Below, in pieces: positions 50,682 to 61,791 of a stretch of 64,000 nucleotides of DNA (positions within the stretch are counted from its first letter, which is position 1; every line of letters begins with the position of its first letter). The stretch is taken from contig CAWIGL010000002.1 in the NCBI GenBank assembly GCA_963835595.1, forward strand, positions 2,534,459-2,598,458. The letters run 5' to 3'. Source of the DNA: an uncultured delta proteobacterium (lineage in GTDB: Bacteria > Desulfobacterota > Syntrophorhabdia > Syntrophorhabdales > WCHB1-27). Below the pieces are notes generated by a model. The model saw nothing but the letters and a program-made list of their open reading frames with translations. It had not been told where the DNA came from and made no database searches. Made by a program: the position numbers and the translations under genes.

Positions 50682-51713
50682 ATGAGACGATTTGCAATAG
50701 TAAGGATTGCAGCATGCACGCTCTTCTGCGGAGTGGCACTGGTTCTTTCTTGGGCGAACGGATACGGCGGGGAGATCAGGGTCAAAGTTGCAAACTGGTA
50801 CGCCGTAGGCCATAAGCAAGACGTGCTTATGAGAAGCTACTGCGAGGAGCTGGAAAAAAGGGCCGGCGGAAAGCTGAAGGTAAAGTACTACCCGGCCAGT
50901 ACGCTCGTCAACGCCGTCCAACAGTACGATGCGGTGGTTAAAGGCATTGCCGATATAGGAAACCAGGTGCTGGGTTACACGATGGGGAGGTTCCCGTTCT
51001 CCCAGATTCTGGACTTTCCCCTGGGATTTCCCCAAGGCGGTGGACCGACCATGATCGCGAACGAGTTTTATAAGAAGTTCAAGCCAAAAGAGTTCGATGA
51101 GGTAAAGGTGTTGTGGTTCCATGCGCAGCCTGCCGGATTTCTGCACACGAAGGCAAGGCCCGTAGCTAGACTCGAAGATATAAAAGGGCTGAGGCTGCGT
51201 TGCTACGGCTCTAATGCGAAGTTTGTAAAATTGCTAGGGGCTGCGCCGGTTGCAATGCCGATGGGCGACGTTTACGACGCGCTGTCAAAAGGAGTTGTGG
51301 ACGGCCTGCTGTCCAGTTATGAGTCGCTTCATGGCTGGAAGACAGGCGAGCTTGTAAAATACAGCACCGAAAATGAGGACTCTGCCTACTCTGCGGCTTT
51401 CCTGATCATGATGAACAAAAAGAAGTTTGCTTCCCTTTCTCACGATACCCAGGCGTTGATCGATCGCATGAGTGAGGAATACACGGCGAAGTATGCGCAG
51501 ATGTGGGCGGATCAAAGCATGGTTGCCTCCGACTGGCTCAAGGAGAGGGGCGTCAAGACTATCCACCTGTCCAAAGAGGAAGAAGCACGCTGGTATGAAA
51601 AAGGGTCAAAACCCCTTGTCGATGAGTACATAAAAGAAATGAACTCGGCCCGCTTACCGGGTGATCAGGCAGTGCGATTCATACAGGAGGCCCTGAAGCG
51701 CTACAAGAAATAG
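50682..51713 (+). CDS. dctP: TRAP transporter solute-binding protein (DctP family)
   Basis: Signal peptide MRRFAIVRIAACTLFCGVALVLSWANG; start 50682 preceded by GGGGGG. Confidence 0.8.
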   Translation: MRRFAIVRIAACTLFCGVALVLSWANGYGGEIRVKVANWYAVGHKQDVLMRSYCEELEKRAGGKLKVKYYPASTLVNAVQQYDAVVKGIADIGNQVLGYTMGRFPFSQILDFPLGFPQGGGPTMIANEFYKKFKPKEFDEVKVLWFHAQPAGFLHTKARPVARLEDIKGLRLRCYGSNAKFVKLLGAAPVAMPMGDVYDALSKGVVDGLLSSYESLHGWKTGELVKYSTENEDSAYSAAFLIMMNKKKFASLSHDTQALIDRMSEEYTAKYAQMWADQSMVASDWLKERGVKTIHLSKEEEARWYEKGSKPLVDEYIKEMNSARLPGDQAVRFIQEALKRYKK

Positions 51714-51771
51714 CGGGCATCCCTACGTTTTGGGGTATCCGTAAGGGGGAGCAATAAGAGGGGGAGTCGCA

Positions 51772-52257
51772 ATGCATTACTTCATTAACGTCGTTTTGAG
51801 ATCGAGTAAATTTCTGAATATTGTGGGAGGCATAACACTGGTCCTCATGATGCTCCTCACGGTAACCGATGTCGTCCTGCGTTTTTTCGGGAAACCCATC
51901 ACCGGGACATACGAGCTGATGGGTTTTTTCGGTGCCCTGGTCATCGGTTTTGCCCTTGCTCAAACAACGCTCGACGAAGCTCATGTGGCCATGGACATAG
52001 TTACCCAAAAACTCCCCCCCCGCAACAGAGACGTTCTACTCGTCAGCACCAAGGTAGTAAGTCTTGTGCTCTTTGCCCTGATATCGTGGTCGCTGTTTCT
52101 AAAAGGGCATGACCTGTATAAAACCAGAGAGGTCTCTCTCACGCTCCGAGTGCCTTACTATCCGGTTGCTTACGGCCTCTCATTGTGTGGCCTGGTGGAG
52201 TGTTTTGTCCTGTTGTCCGACATCATCCGTATAGCATTGGGGAGGGAGGGGAAATGA
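51772..52257 (+). CDS. dctQ: TRAP transporter small permease (DctQ family), 4 TM
   Basis: 161 aa, four hydrophobic segments, between dctP and dctM. Confidence 0.75.
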   Translation: MHYFINVVLRSSKFLNIVGGITLVLMMLLTVTDVVLRFFGKPITGTYELMGFFGALVIGFALAQTTLDEAHVAMDIVTQKLPPRNRDVLLVSTKVVSLVLFALISWSLFLKGHDLYKTREVSLTLRVPYYPVAYGLSLCGLVECFVLLSDIIRIALGREGK

Positions 52258-53555
52258 ATGAAGTTGTAGTGGGCATCGTTGCCCTGTTTGCCCTTCTATG
52301 TATATTTGCGACCGGTATTCCATTGGCGTTTGCCATGACCCTGGTTGGTTTTGGGGGTTTTGTCTTACTCAATGATTTCGGGATTGCCCTGGGGCTTCTA
52401 TCAAACGATTTCTTCGACTCCCTCGCCAATTATGGCCTCACAGCCGTCCCTCTCTTTGTTCTTATGGGTCAGATAGCGCTAAATTCGAGCATTGCGAAAG
52501 GCTTACACAACGCGGCCCACAAGTTCCTCGGACACATTCCTGGCGGGCTCGCGACGGCTACGGTCGTTGGCGCCACTGTCTTCAAATCTATATGCGGATC
52601 GATGATCGCCACCTCTGCAACGTTTGCCAGCATTGCCATCCCTGAGATGGACAGGTACCACTATAAGAAAGAACTCTCGACAGGGATAGTAGCCTCCGTC
52701 GGGACTCTGGGCAACCTTCTTCCCCCGAGCGTAATACTGATATTGTTGGGCCTCATGACGGAGCAGTCGATTGGCAAGCTTTTTATGGCCGGCATATTCC
52801 CCGGACTTATACTGGCGTTATTCTTTGTGTTCGTCATTTTCGGCTGGTGCAGATTGAACCCCTTGATAGGGCCTAAGAGCGAACGGTATTCCTGGTCGGA
52901 GAGACGAGCCAGCCTTCCCGCCGTGATGTGGCCGGTCATAATATTCGTTGTTCTCGTTGGCGGACTTATGTATGGTCTCTTTACGCCGACCGAAGCAGGC
53001 AGCATAGGGACGTTCGCGGTGCTCGTGCTATGCATTCTCCGGAGAGACATACAATTCAAGAGCTTTATAAAAGCCGTCAATGAGGCACTCCGTACCTCGT
53101 GCATGGTCCTTATGCTGGTCGCTTCCTCTGCCATACTGAGCCACTTCATAGCAATCACAGAATTACCTCAGATAGCCGCCGATTGGGTCGTCGGACTCAA
53201 GATGCACCGGGTTCTTGCGATGATGATGATCTTCCTGGTTTATCTCGTGGGTGGTTCCGTGATCGATGACCTAGCCTTTCTTATCCTCGCGACGCCGATC
53301 TTTTTCCCCATCATGGTCAAGCTGGGCTACGATCCGATTTGGGCCTGCATAATGATAGCCCTTATCAACTGTTTAGGCGTCGTTCTCCCGCCGCTCGCGG
53401 TAACCGTCTTCGTCGTGAAGCAGATTACGAAGACGCCCATAGGTACAATTTACAGAGGGGTGTATCCGTTCCTGATTTCGATGGTCCTGTGCATCATCCT
53501 GTTGTTTATCTTCCCTCAGATTGCCACATATCTGCCGAGTGTGCTCATGAAATAG
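52254..53555 (+). CDS. dctM: TRAP transporter large permease (DctM family)
   Basis: Start MNEVVVGIVALFA overlaps the dctQ stop (ATGA); 433 aa, ~12 TM. Confidence 0.85.
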   Translation: MNEVVVGIVALFALLCIFATGIPLAFAMTLVGFGGFVLLNDFGIALGLLSNDFFDSLANYGLTAVPLFVLMGQIALNSSIAKGLHNAAHKFLGHIPGGLATATVVGATVFKSICGSMIATSATFASIAIPEMDRYHYKKELSTGIVASVGTLGNLLPPSVILILLGLMTEQSIGKLFMAGIFPGLILALFFVFVIFGWCRLNPLIGPKSERYSWSERRASLPAVMWPVIIFVVLVGGLMYGLFTPTEAGSIGTFAVLVLCILRRDIQFKSFIKAVNEALRTSCMVLMLVASSAILSHFIAITELPQIAADWVVGLKMHRVLAMMMIFLVYLVGGSVIDDLAFLILATPIFFPIMVKLGYDPIWACIMIALINCLGVVLPPLAVTVFVVKQITKTPIGTIYRGVYPFLISMVLCIILLFIFPQIATYLPSVLMK

Positions 53556-53571
53556 CCGTCAGAGATGCCGG

Positions 53572-55170
53572 GTGCCGAGGAGGGCGCAGATGGATTTGGG
53601 AGAACTTCCCCGCAGAAACGCAAGGCGTTATCCCGGGAAAATCTGCCTTGTGGACAAGGGCAGACGGTATACCACGGAGTCGTTTAACGAACGGGTAAAC
53701 CGGCTCGCCAACGGATTAGGGAGACTCGGCATAAACAGGGGCGACCGGGTGGCGATACTGCTTCAGAATTGCAGCGAGTATGTGGAAACCTACTTCGGGG
53801 CAGCCAAGGCAGGCGCAATAGTGGTCCCCTTGAATACGCGGCTGAATGCCAAAGAATATGACAAATACTTAGAGATTACCGTTCCTTCCGCCCTGGTTAC
53901 CGGCGAACAATTTCAGGATGTGACGGCGAAAATCGGACACGGCGGACCCATCGTACGACAAGTGATTTCCGTGGGAAACGTGACGCATAAGGGAGGCATT
54001 CCTTACGAATCTCTTCTTTCAGGCTCATCGCCGTCGGAGCCCTCCATGGAAGTAAGTGAGGACGACGTCGCAGCCATTTTTTTTACCAGCGGCACGACAG
54101 GGTTTCCCAAGGGCGCCATGTGGACCCATCGCAATATCCTGGAGCAAATGGTTAACCTACAGATCGAATTGCCTTTTTCCCTGGACGACACCGGCCTCGT
54201 AGTGCTGCCGATGTTTCATGGACCTGTAACGATCCCGATCCTCCATCAACTGCTGTACATCGGGGGCGGCATAGTGATATCGCCTTATGCCAGTTTCAAT
54301 CCAGGCCAGTTTTTGGATACAATTGCCAGGGAAAAGATAACGTGCACATTCCTCGTACCGACGATGTTGGTGCAGCTCGTGGAGTGCGGGGAGATAGATC
54401 GGTATCGTGAAAGCATAAAGCAGTTAAGGCAGATCAAGTATGCCGCATCGGCGGCTTCCAAGTCCGTATTGAAGAAGGCCGTTGATCTGTTTGGCCCTAT
54501 CCTTACTCAGGGTTACGGTATGACGGAAACTTTGGGAGGTGTAACGTTCCTGCCAAAGGAAGATCACGCCCACTCTTCGGACAATGAACGAAGGCTGTCT
54601 TCCTGCGGCAAAGAATATATTAACGTTCATGTTAAGATAGTGAATGAAAACGGCAATGAGGTTCCGCATGGCGAGGTGGGTGAGATCCTTGTCAAAGCCG
54701 ATAAGAATTTCGTCGGATACTGGGAAATGCCCGAGGAAAGCGCCCAAGTCCTTAAAAGTGGGTGGCTCCATACCTCGGACCTCGGCATGTTCGACGAAGA
54801 AAGATATCTCTACCTCGTGGACCGAAAAAAAAATATGATCATCAGCGGAGGTGAAAACATATACCCGGCCGAGATCGAGGCAGTCATCAACAGCCATCCC
54901 AAGGTCAAGGAAAGCGCCGTGGTGGGGGTGCCCGATCCCAAGTGGGGGGAGTCGGTCAAGGCTTTCGTCGTCCTGAGGGATGGAGAGGAAGCGACGGAAG
55001 ACGAGATCATCGGCATCTGTCTTGAAAACCTCGGAAGCTACAAGAAACCGAGGTTCGTCGATTTCATCGACGAGCTGCCGAGAAACAGCATGGGAAAGGT
55101 TCTCAAGCACGTACTGAAGGCTAACCCTGGTACGAAGGACGAGTTTCAGTTACCCGTTGTCAAGAAATAG
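53572..55170 (+). CDS. AMP-forming acyl/aryl-CoA ligase (class I adenylate-forming enzyme), 532 aa
   Basis: AMP-binding motifs FTSGTTGFPKGA, GYGMTE, conserved C-terminal Lys region (...PRNSMGKVLK). Confidence 0.85.
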   Translation: MPRRAQMDLGELPRRNARRYPGKICLVDKGRRYTTESFNERVNRLANGLGRLGINRGDRVAILLQNCSEYVETYFGAAKAGAIVVPLNTRLNAKEYDKYLEITVPSALVTGEQFQDVTAKIGHGGPIVRQVISVGNVTHKGGIPYESLLSGSSPSEPSMEVSEDDVAAIFFTSGTTGFPKGAMWTHRNILEQMVNLQIELPFSLDDTGLVVLPMFHGPVTIPILHQLLYIGGGIVISPYASFNPGQFLDTIAREKITCTFLVPTMLVQLVECGEIDRYRESIKQLRQIKYAASAASKSVLKKAVDLFGPILTQGYGMTETLGGVTFLPKEDHAHSSDNERRLSSCGKEYINVHVKIVNENGNEVPHGEVGEILVKADKNFVGYWEMPEESAQVLKSGWLHTSDLGMFDEERYLYLVDRKKNMIISGGENIYPAEIEAVINSHPKVKESAVVGVPDPKWGESVKAFVVLRDGEEATEDEIIGICLENLGSYKKPRFVDFIDELPRNSMGKVLKHVLKANPGTKDEFQLPVVKK

Positions 55171-55195
55171 CACAACAGACATGCTATAATACGTC

Positions 55196-55717
55196 GTGGC
55201 TATTCCGCCTTTGCCTTCCATGCTCATTGCGCTGGGTCTTCTTCTTGTATCGATAGTGGTGTCCAACCGCTTTAGAAAGCAGTCGCTTATAGGAAGGAAA
55301 GTGTCGCGGGTGCTTGTCGTGTGCGCAGTGCCGCTCCTCGTCGTCGGCTTCGGCCTCCATTTCAGCGGGCCTGCCCCCGGCAAGGCTTCGGGAGCGGCAC
55401 GGTCCGCGTCATCGGGCGCAGGCGCGCCGGCCGGCCGCAGCGCCGGTGATGCCGCCGTCCACCGTCCCCCCGCAGGGTGGAGCTTTTCCTTCGAGCCGAA
55501 ATCGGTGCGCTGGGGCGAGCAGGTGGAGATTCGCGTTGTCCCGCCGAAGGAGGACGTGACGATTTATTACAATGGGAGGCCGCTGCCTGCGCGGCCGAAG
55601 GGCAAGGGAACGTTTGTCGTGACCGTGCCCACGATGAGCAAGGACGGCCGCTTCAGTCTCGAATGCGGTGGAGAAAGGGTAGAGGCGTCGGAACGGCTCA
55701 CTGTCTCTGCCTATTGA
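55196..55717 (+). CDS. Hypothetical membrane-anchored protein (173 aa)
   Basis: Two N-terminal hydrophobic helices, Ala/Gly/Ser-rich linker, beta-rich C-terminus; coding assignment weak. Confidence 0.35.
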   Translation: MAIPPLPSMLIALGLLLVSIVVSNRFRKQSLIGRKVSRVLVVCAVPLLVVGFGLHFSGPAPGKASGAARSASSGAGAPAGRSAGDAAVHRPPAGWSFSFEPKSVRWGEQVEIRVVPPKEDVTIYYNGRPLPARPKGKGTFVVTVPTMSKDGRFSLECGGERVEASERLTVSAY

Positions 55718-55773
55718 GGCGGGCGGACAGCCGGTCGTGGGATAGAGTCCATTCTTCCAGGGGAGGTCTTTCC

Positions 55774-55977
55774 ATGCCTTATGTCAATATCAAAGTTACA
55801 AGGGAAGGGGTTACGGCGGAGCAGAAAGAGAAGCTGGTAAAGGGCGTTACCGACCTGTTGCGCGACGTGCTCGGCAAGAACCCGGCCACGGTCTTCGTCG
55901 TTATAGACGAGGTGGAAACGGACAACTGGGGTGTCGCCGGGGAGACGATCGCCGCAAGGCGAAAACGGGGTCAGTGA
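55774..55977 (+). CDS. 4-oxalocrotonate tautomerase-family protein (67 aa)
   Basis: MPYVNIKVTREGVTAEQKEKLVKGVTDLLRDVLGKNPATVFVVIDEVETDNW: Pro1 after Met, beta-alpha-beta fold; GGGAGG RBS. Confidence 0.8.
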   Translation: MPYVNIKVTREGVTAEQKEKLVKGVTDLLRDVLGKNPATVFVVIDEVETDNWGVAGETIAARRKRGQ

Positions 55978-55980
55978 CGG

Positions 55981-57290
55981 TTACGCGCCGCCTGTCTGCC
56001 TTGAGGCGGCGTACGCCATAGCCTGCGCCTTTTCGGTGATCTCGCCGGAGATCTGCTTCTCCCGTATCTCGCGGAGCACCTGCCCGAGGGCCGGTCCCTC
56101 GCTGAAGCCCGCGGCTAAGAGGTCGTGGCCTGTCACGATCCTCGGCAGGGGCGTGGTCTTCCATTCGGCGTATCCTGAGAGCACTTCCCGGCAGCGTCTC
56201 CTCACCTGGGCGGTCGATTCGTTCTCCCGTCCGCCCGAATTCCCGTAGAGGTCGAGAAGGGTGAGAAAGACGAGGGCGGGGGTGAGGTCTTCCATCCTGT
56301 AGACGATCCTCCTTATGGCCTTTTCCGTAGCCTCTCCCGTGCTTATGAGGAAGATGCGCATGTGGTTCTCGATGAGGTTCCTGACTGCCCTTGATTCCGA
56401 TGCGCTGAACCTCAGCCTTTCCATGACCCCGGCCGCGATATCGCTCGAATGGCGCTCGTGGTAGTAGAAATGGACGCGCCCCTTCTCTTCGTCGAAGGAA
56501 AACGTCTCCGGCTTGCCGAGGTCGTGAAAAAGCAGGCCGTAGCCCGCCAGGCGCGTATCCACGCCGGTGAACTGATGAAACTTTTTGATCTTCCCCACGT
56601 GCCTGAAGCCGCCTATCGTGTGGCCGAGGACGCTCGGCCGCAGGCGCTTTTCCGCGTCCATCTCCGCAAGGCGCAGCAGCTCCGGGAATATCTCGAAGAG
56701 AAGGCCCGTCTCCTCCATAGTCCTCATCCCACGGTAAGGGTTTGCCGACAGCATAATCAGGTCGAGCTCGTACTTGACCCTCTCCGCCGCGCGTGCTGTG
56801 GATGAGCCCCTTTTCCGCCTTTATGGCGTCCTTCAAGGCCGGGTCGAGGCTGAAGCCGGACAATGAGCAGAGGTGCCTCATCGCCTTCACCATCCTTAAC
56901 GGGTCCTCGCTGAGGCACTCCTTCCTGGGATAGCGTATGACCCCGTTCTTAAGGTCTTCGAGACCGCCGAGGGGGTCGAGCAGCCTGCCGTCGCCGATCG
57001 CGTAAGCCATGGCATTGATCGTGAAATCGCGCCGCCGCAGGTCATCCTCGATGCTCCCCGCCAGTATGGTGATGTCGAGGGTAACGCCGGCTGCGACGAT
57101 CCGGTGCGTCTGAACGGGTTTTTTGCCGAGGAGGAAAGCCGGGCGCGCCGAATATCTCCTCTGATCCGGGCGATGTCTTCGGCGCGCGCGAGGGCAAGGT
57201 CGTAGTCGTTCGGCGACGCGGCCGAGGGCAAGCTCCCTCAAGGCGCCGCCGACGAGGAAGACGGGGCCGGCGAAGCCGGCCGCTCCTGAT
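55981..57290 (-). pseudogene. cca: CCA-adding enzyme / poly(A)-polymerase-family tRNA nucleotidyltransferase with HD domain; at least three frame disruptions (~57210, ~57140, ~56790); N-terminus unresolved
   Basis: Head-domain segments lie in different frames: PVFLVGGALRELALGR / NDYDLALARAEDIARIRGDIRR / SARPAFLLGKK...DLRRRDFTINAMA...KGLIHS, then shifted ...ARAAERVKYELDLIMLSANPY... into the HD ORF 55981-56754. Confidence 0.55.
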
Positions 57291-57916
57291 CCTCCCGACG
57301 ACGTCGAGCCTTGTCGATCCTTTCGGCCAGGGCGGATGGAGAAAGACGCGGAAGGCTTACGCATCGTGAGCGATGGCGGCCAGATCGTCCGCCATCCCTT
57401 CGAGAAGGCGCATCATGTCGGGGTAGAGGGCCGACGCCGCGGGCCTGGACGCGTCGGCCGCCGGGCCGCCTCCGTTCCCGGCCGCCCACTCCTCGGACCT
57501 TCTCGGCAACTACGGCGGTGTTCGAAAGGACGTAGCGCCGGAAACGGGAGTCGTTCCGGCAGCCGTCATGTCGCTTGCGTCCCTCGCCGCGTCCCTTCAC
57601 GAGCGTCATGACCTCGCTCACCTGCGCTGGCGGCCTTGTCCGTCAACGGGGATATCGGCCTCGAGGCCGGCCTGCATCCGCTGCATGCAGCCCTTCGGCC
57701 GCTGCTGCAGAGCCGGCGAGGCGCCTGCGACCTTTTCTTTGCGCGCGGCCCCTTCCAGAAGCGCGCAGGCCGATGCGAGCGTCCGCCCGGCGGCCTCCCG
57801 CGCCTGCGCTCAGCCGTCTTGCGTCGCGCGCAAAGAGGGACCGCTTGGCCTCGTCGAGGACCTTCGCGAGGCAGGCGAGCATACCGGCCTTCGATTCCGC
57901 TATGCCTTTTCCCGTC

Positions 57917-59089
57917 TCATTTTTGTCCATGATTCCGTCTCTGCTGTTTTATGCGTTTTTCGATAGAGGCGTCCCGGCGCTGCCCTCGCGTCTTTATCAG
58001 GGCGTCCAGCCTGCGCCGCGCAGCCTCATACCGGGCCAGCCGCCTGAAGGCGTCGATCTTCTCCCTGTCCTTGACCCTTCGCGCGGTCGAGGCATTCCTT
58101 CAGGAAGTCGATCGAGCGGTCGTACGTCTTCCGGTCAACGGGGAAGGGATGGCCGTCCTTGCCGCCGTGGGCGAAGCTGAACCGGGCAGGGTCGGTGAAG
58201 CTGGGCGGCGCGTCGTAGACGATCTCGGAGACGAGGGTGAGGGCGGCGAGCGTCCTCGGCCCCACGCCGCGCACCTCCAGCAGGTCCCTGTAAGCTGCAG
58301 GCTGCGACTCGTGGAGCGCCCGGAAGACCTTGCCCAGCCGCTTGCCGTCCACGTCGCCCGGCGTGATATAGTGCCGCTCCGGCATGGCCAGGCAGACGTC
58401 CTTCCACACCTCGGCCATCTTGTCGGGGTTCTCCTGCGTGAACTCGACCGTCGCCGCGCGGGTCGGCCCGCTCTCCGCGGCGACGAGGTTGAGGCTTATC
58501 TCCGTCTTGTCGCAGGTTATGCCCGTATGGGGCTCGCACGTAACGTCGAGGTCGTCCCGCGAGAGCCACTGGTAGCGCCTGGCCGTCCTCTCCTCGCCGT
58601 TCATCCCCTGCTGGATGACCGCCCAGTCGCCTTCCTGCGAGCAGACGAGCACGTGGTGGTAGAGGTCGTAGCCGTCCTGCACGAGGCTGTTATCGACCTT
58701 GGCGCACAGGCGGCTCATCGTGACAAACTCTCCCATGTCCATGTCCCACCGCGCCCCGACGCCTGCCAGCTCTTCCGGCGTGCGCAGCGCGGTGCGCCCC
58801 TTGCCGCCGCATACGGCGACGGGCAGGTCTTCCCCTGACCGCGGCCAGGCCCTTCCTTCAATGCGCCGCACAGGGTCGTCGTCAGGCCGCTGGAATGCCA
58901 GTCGAACCCGACCACGCAGCCCAGGGCCTGGAACCAGACAGGATCGGCCATGCGCCTCACGAGCTCGCCGGGTCCGAACTCTATGACGATAAGCGAGGCT
59001 ATGGCAGCCGACAACTGCCGCATCCTCTCGAAAAGCCATCCCGGCGCCTTGCCGTAGTGCAAGGGGAGGGACGTGACGCTCCTTCTCAT
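57917..59089 (-). pseudogene. DUF763-family protein with at least two frame disruptions (~58850 and ~58075)
   Basis: N-terminus MRRSVTSLPLHYGKAPGWLFERMRQLSAAIASLIVIEFGPGELVRRMADPVWFQALGCVVGFDWHSSGLTTTLCGALKEG matches DUF763 starts; continues in a second frame (58026-59039) and a third for the tail ...KDREKIDAFRRLARYEAARRRLDALIK... Confidence 0.5.
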
Positions 59090-59343
59090 TCCTTCACTAC
59101 ATAGACCGTGTCGTTCTCGTGGACCTTCTCTTTCACCTTGATCCCGACCTCGTCGCCGACGCCGACTTTTTGCACGGTCGCGTGCTCCACCTGCATGGAA
59201 TCGACCGTCTGCTCGAAGTCGGTCGTATGGCCCTTGATCTTGATCCTGTCTCCCGCCTTCAGCTCGCCGGCCGTTATCTTTATTGCCGCAACGCCGATCT
59301 TCCCGAAAAACTTCTCGACCTTTCCTGTGGGTATCTCTTCCAT
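59086..59343 (-). CDS. Small beta-barrel protein (85 aa) resembling EF-Tu domain-2-like translation-factor-like proteins
   Basis: MEEIPTGKVEKFFGKIGVAAIKITAGELKAGDRIKIKGHTTDFEQTVDSMQVEHATVQKVGVGDEVGIKVKEKVHENDTVYVVKE; start at internal ATG 59343. Confidence 0.55.
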   Translation of the reverse strand: MEEIPTGKVEKFFGKIGVAAIKITAGELKAGDRIKIKGHTTDFEQTVDSMQVEHATVQKVGVGDEVGIKVKEKVHENDTVYVVKE

Positions 59344-59518
59344 AGCGACCCCCCGCTTGTTTTTCTTAATTGTACCACGTAAGGACCAGGGGGACAATCG
59401 ATCTCTTGCTGTCTGCCGGCGGTCCGGCCGATGACACTGTGCAGGCGGCAGGGTATCCTTGAGTTGAAAGAGGCCGTGATTCGTCATATAATCGCAGGCG
59501 GCGGGAAGGGGCCTTTAC

Positions 59519-61374
59519 ATGGAGGAGAAGAAGCTCATCGAGGTAGCTGTCGAGCCGGGGGGCAGGGTCGTCAGACGTGAGGCGCGGCACGACACTGGCC
59601 GTCGCTGCCGGGCTGGCGGGGCTCGAGGTGAGCTGCCGTGCGGGGGCAAGGGCAAATGCTGCCGGTGTGCCGCAGAGGCGGAAGGGGTGCTGAGCGCCCC
59701 GACGCCGGTGGAAAAATCGGCATGTCCGGCGCGGCCTGCTCAAAACCGGCCAGCGCCTGATGTGCCAGGCGAAGGTGCTCGGCAAGGCGGCGGTCCGCGT
59801 CCCGGAGACGGCCCTTTCGGTCTCCGCGCAGATCATGGAAGAGGGGAGTGCGTCCCGTCGCCTGCGAGCTCGATCCCAACGTGAGGCGCATTGTTCTCGA
59901 CCTACTGCTTGCCGAGCAGGAGGACCAGGCCGCGGACAGGGAGCGCCTGGAGCGCGGGCTGTCGAAAGCCGGCGTCTTGAAGCCCGCTTTCGACCTGCCG
60001 GTCCTGCGCTACCTCGGCCAAAGGCTCCGGGACGGCTCGTTCAAATGCGCCGTGACCCTTATCGGCAACGAGGTAGTGGACGTGCGGCCGCCTCCCGGGC
60101 GGCGCGCGTCCTCGGCATGGCGTTCGACATCGGGACGACCACCGTCGTCGGCTACCTCATCGACCTTGCCTCCGGCCGGGAGCTGGCGGTCGCTTCTGCC
60201 CTCAACCCGCAGGTCCGCCACGGCTTCGACGTCATATCACGGATCGTCTACGGCATCGAGAATCCTGACGGGGTAGAGGTCGCTAAGCCGGCTCATAAGG
60301 GACCTGATGGGCCGACTTACGGATGAGGCGTGCATGCGCGCGGACGTGAGCAGCCGCGACGTATACGAGGTCTGCGTCGCGGGGAACACAACGATGACGC
60401 ACCTCTTCCTCGGGATTGACCCGCACTACCTTGCCCTTGCGCCGTACGTGCCGGTGACGAGCGCGGCGGTCTCCGTAAAGGCTGGGTCCCTGGGCCTGCC
60501 GATGCACCCTGGCGGAAGCGTTTACGTCCTGCCGGGCATCGGGAGCTTTATCGGCGCCGACACTACCGGTGTGATCCTCTCCACCCGTTTCGATGAAGAC
60601 CGGGGGCCGGGCCTCGCCATCGATATAGGCACGAACGGGGAGATCGTCGGCCGGGACAGGTCCGGCCGGCTCTTCGCCCTCTCGACTGCCGCCGGGCCTG
60701 CCTTCGAGGGGTCGCGGATATCGAGCGGTCTGCGCGGCATGAAGGGCGCCATCGAGCACGTGAGCGCGTCGGGGTCGAGGCTACAGGTCAGGACCATCGG
60801 CGGGGTCGAGCCGGTCGGCATATGCGGCTCCGGCCTGGTCGATGCCCTCGCGGTCATGCGAAGAGCAGGGGTCCTCGATGAGACGGGCCGCCTGGCCGGG
60901 CCTGACGAAAAGTCACTTGGGCGGGCCTTCCGCAGGCGCGTCGTCCGGGGGCCGTCCGGCCCGGAGTTCGTGCTTGGGAAGGGCGGCCGGAACATGGCGC
61001 AGGTCGCCGTCACGCAGAAAGACATAAGAGAGTCCCAGTTGGCCAAGGGCGCCATAACGGCGGGGATCAAGATCATGCTCGCCCGGATGGGCGTGGACGA
61101 GGGCGACCTTGCCGAGGTGCTCCTTGCAGGGGCATTCGGCAACTACATCGACAAGGCCAATGCCCGCGCCATAGGTCTTTTGCCGAACGTCTCGCTCGAT
61201 TCGATAAAGGCCGTAGGCAACGCAGCCGGCGAGGGGGCGAAGGTTGCCCTACTGTCCGGGAAGGCGCGGGACGAGGCGGAGGCGATGGTGCGGCGGGTGG
61301 AGGTGATAAACCTCGCCCATACGGGCGATTTCCAGAAAAGGTTCCTCGAAGGCATGTCTTTGAAAGAGGCGTAA
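59519..61374 (+). pseudogene. RACo-like corrinoid-activation-type protein (N-terminal [2Fe-2S] ferredoxin domain plus ASKHA/DUF4445 ATPase domain) split over at least four frames
   Basis: Homology jumps frames near 59730, 59850, 60110 and 60310: ...LPCGGKGKCCRC... / MCQAKVLGKAAVRVPE... / ACELDPNVRRIVLDL... / GMAFDIGTTTVVGYLIDLASGRE... / VAGNTTMTHLFLGIDP...LAIDIGTNGEIV... Confidence 0.55.
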
Positions 61375-61791
61375 GCGGCCAATAACCCGTTCCCGCGCTT
61401 TCGGGCCGGCGGGCAGCCGCGCAAAACGGCGGCGCCTCCCCGTGCGCTTTCCTATCTGTTCAAGGTCTTCTTTAAACGGGAGATAGAAGGATGTGGGTGT
61501 CGGTAGTGCGGAGGCTTCGTGCGGGGTGCACGGCGGGGACAGCCGGCAGGGAGGCGCCGGGAAAAATAACGATAACGGCTTGCTGGCTCACATGAAAAAC
61601 AACCACACTGAGCTTCCGCCGCTGCCGGGCCGGCCGCCGCCAATCCGGCCGGCCCGGCAAAGAGGGTGGGGGAGAGCGATATGATACCGCTTATCAGGGC
61701 CCGTTCCCTCACAAAAAGAGAGTTGAAAGGCCCCGAATTTTTACGGGTGGCGCAGGAAAGCACGCACACAGGCCGGACGGGGGGCCGGGCT

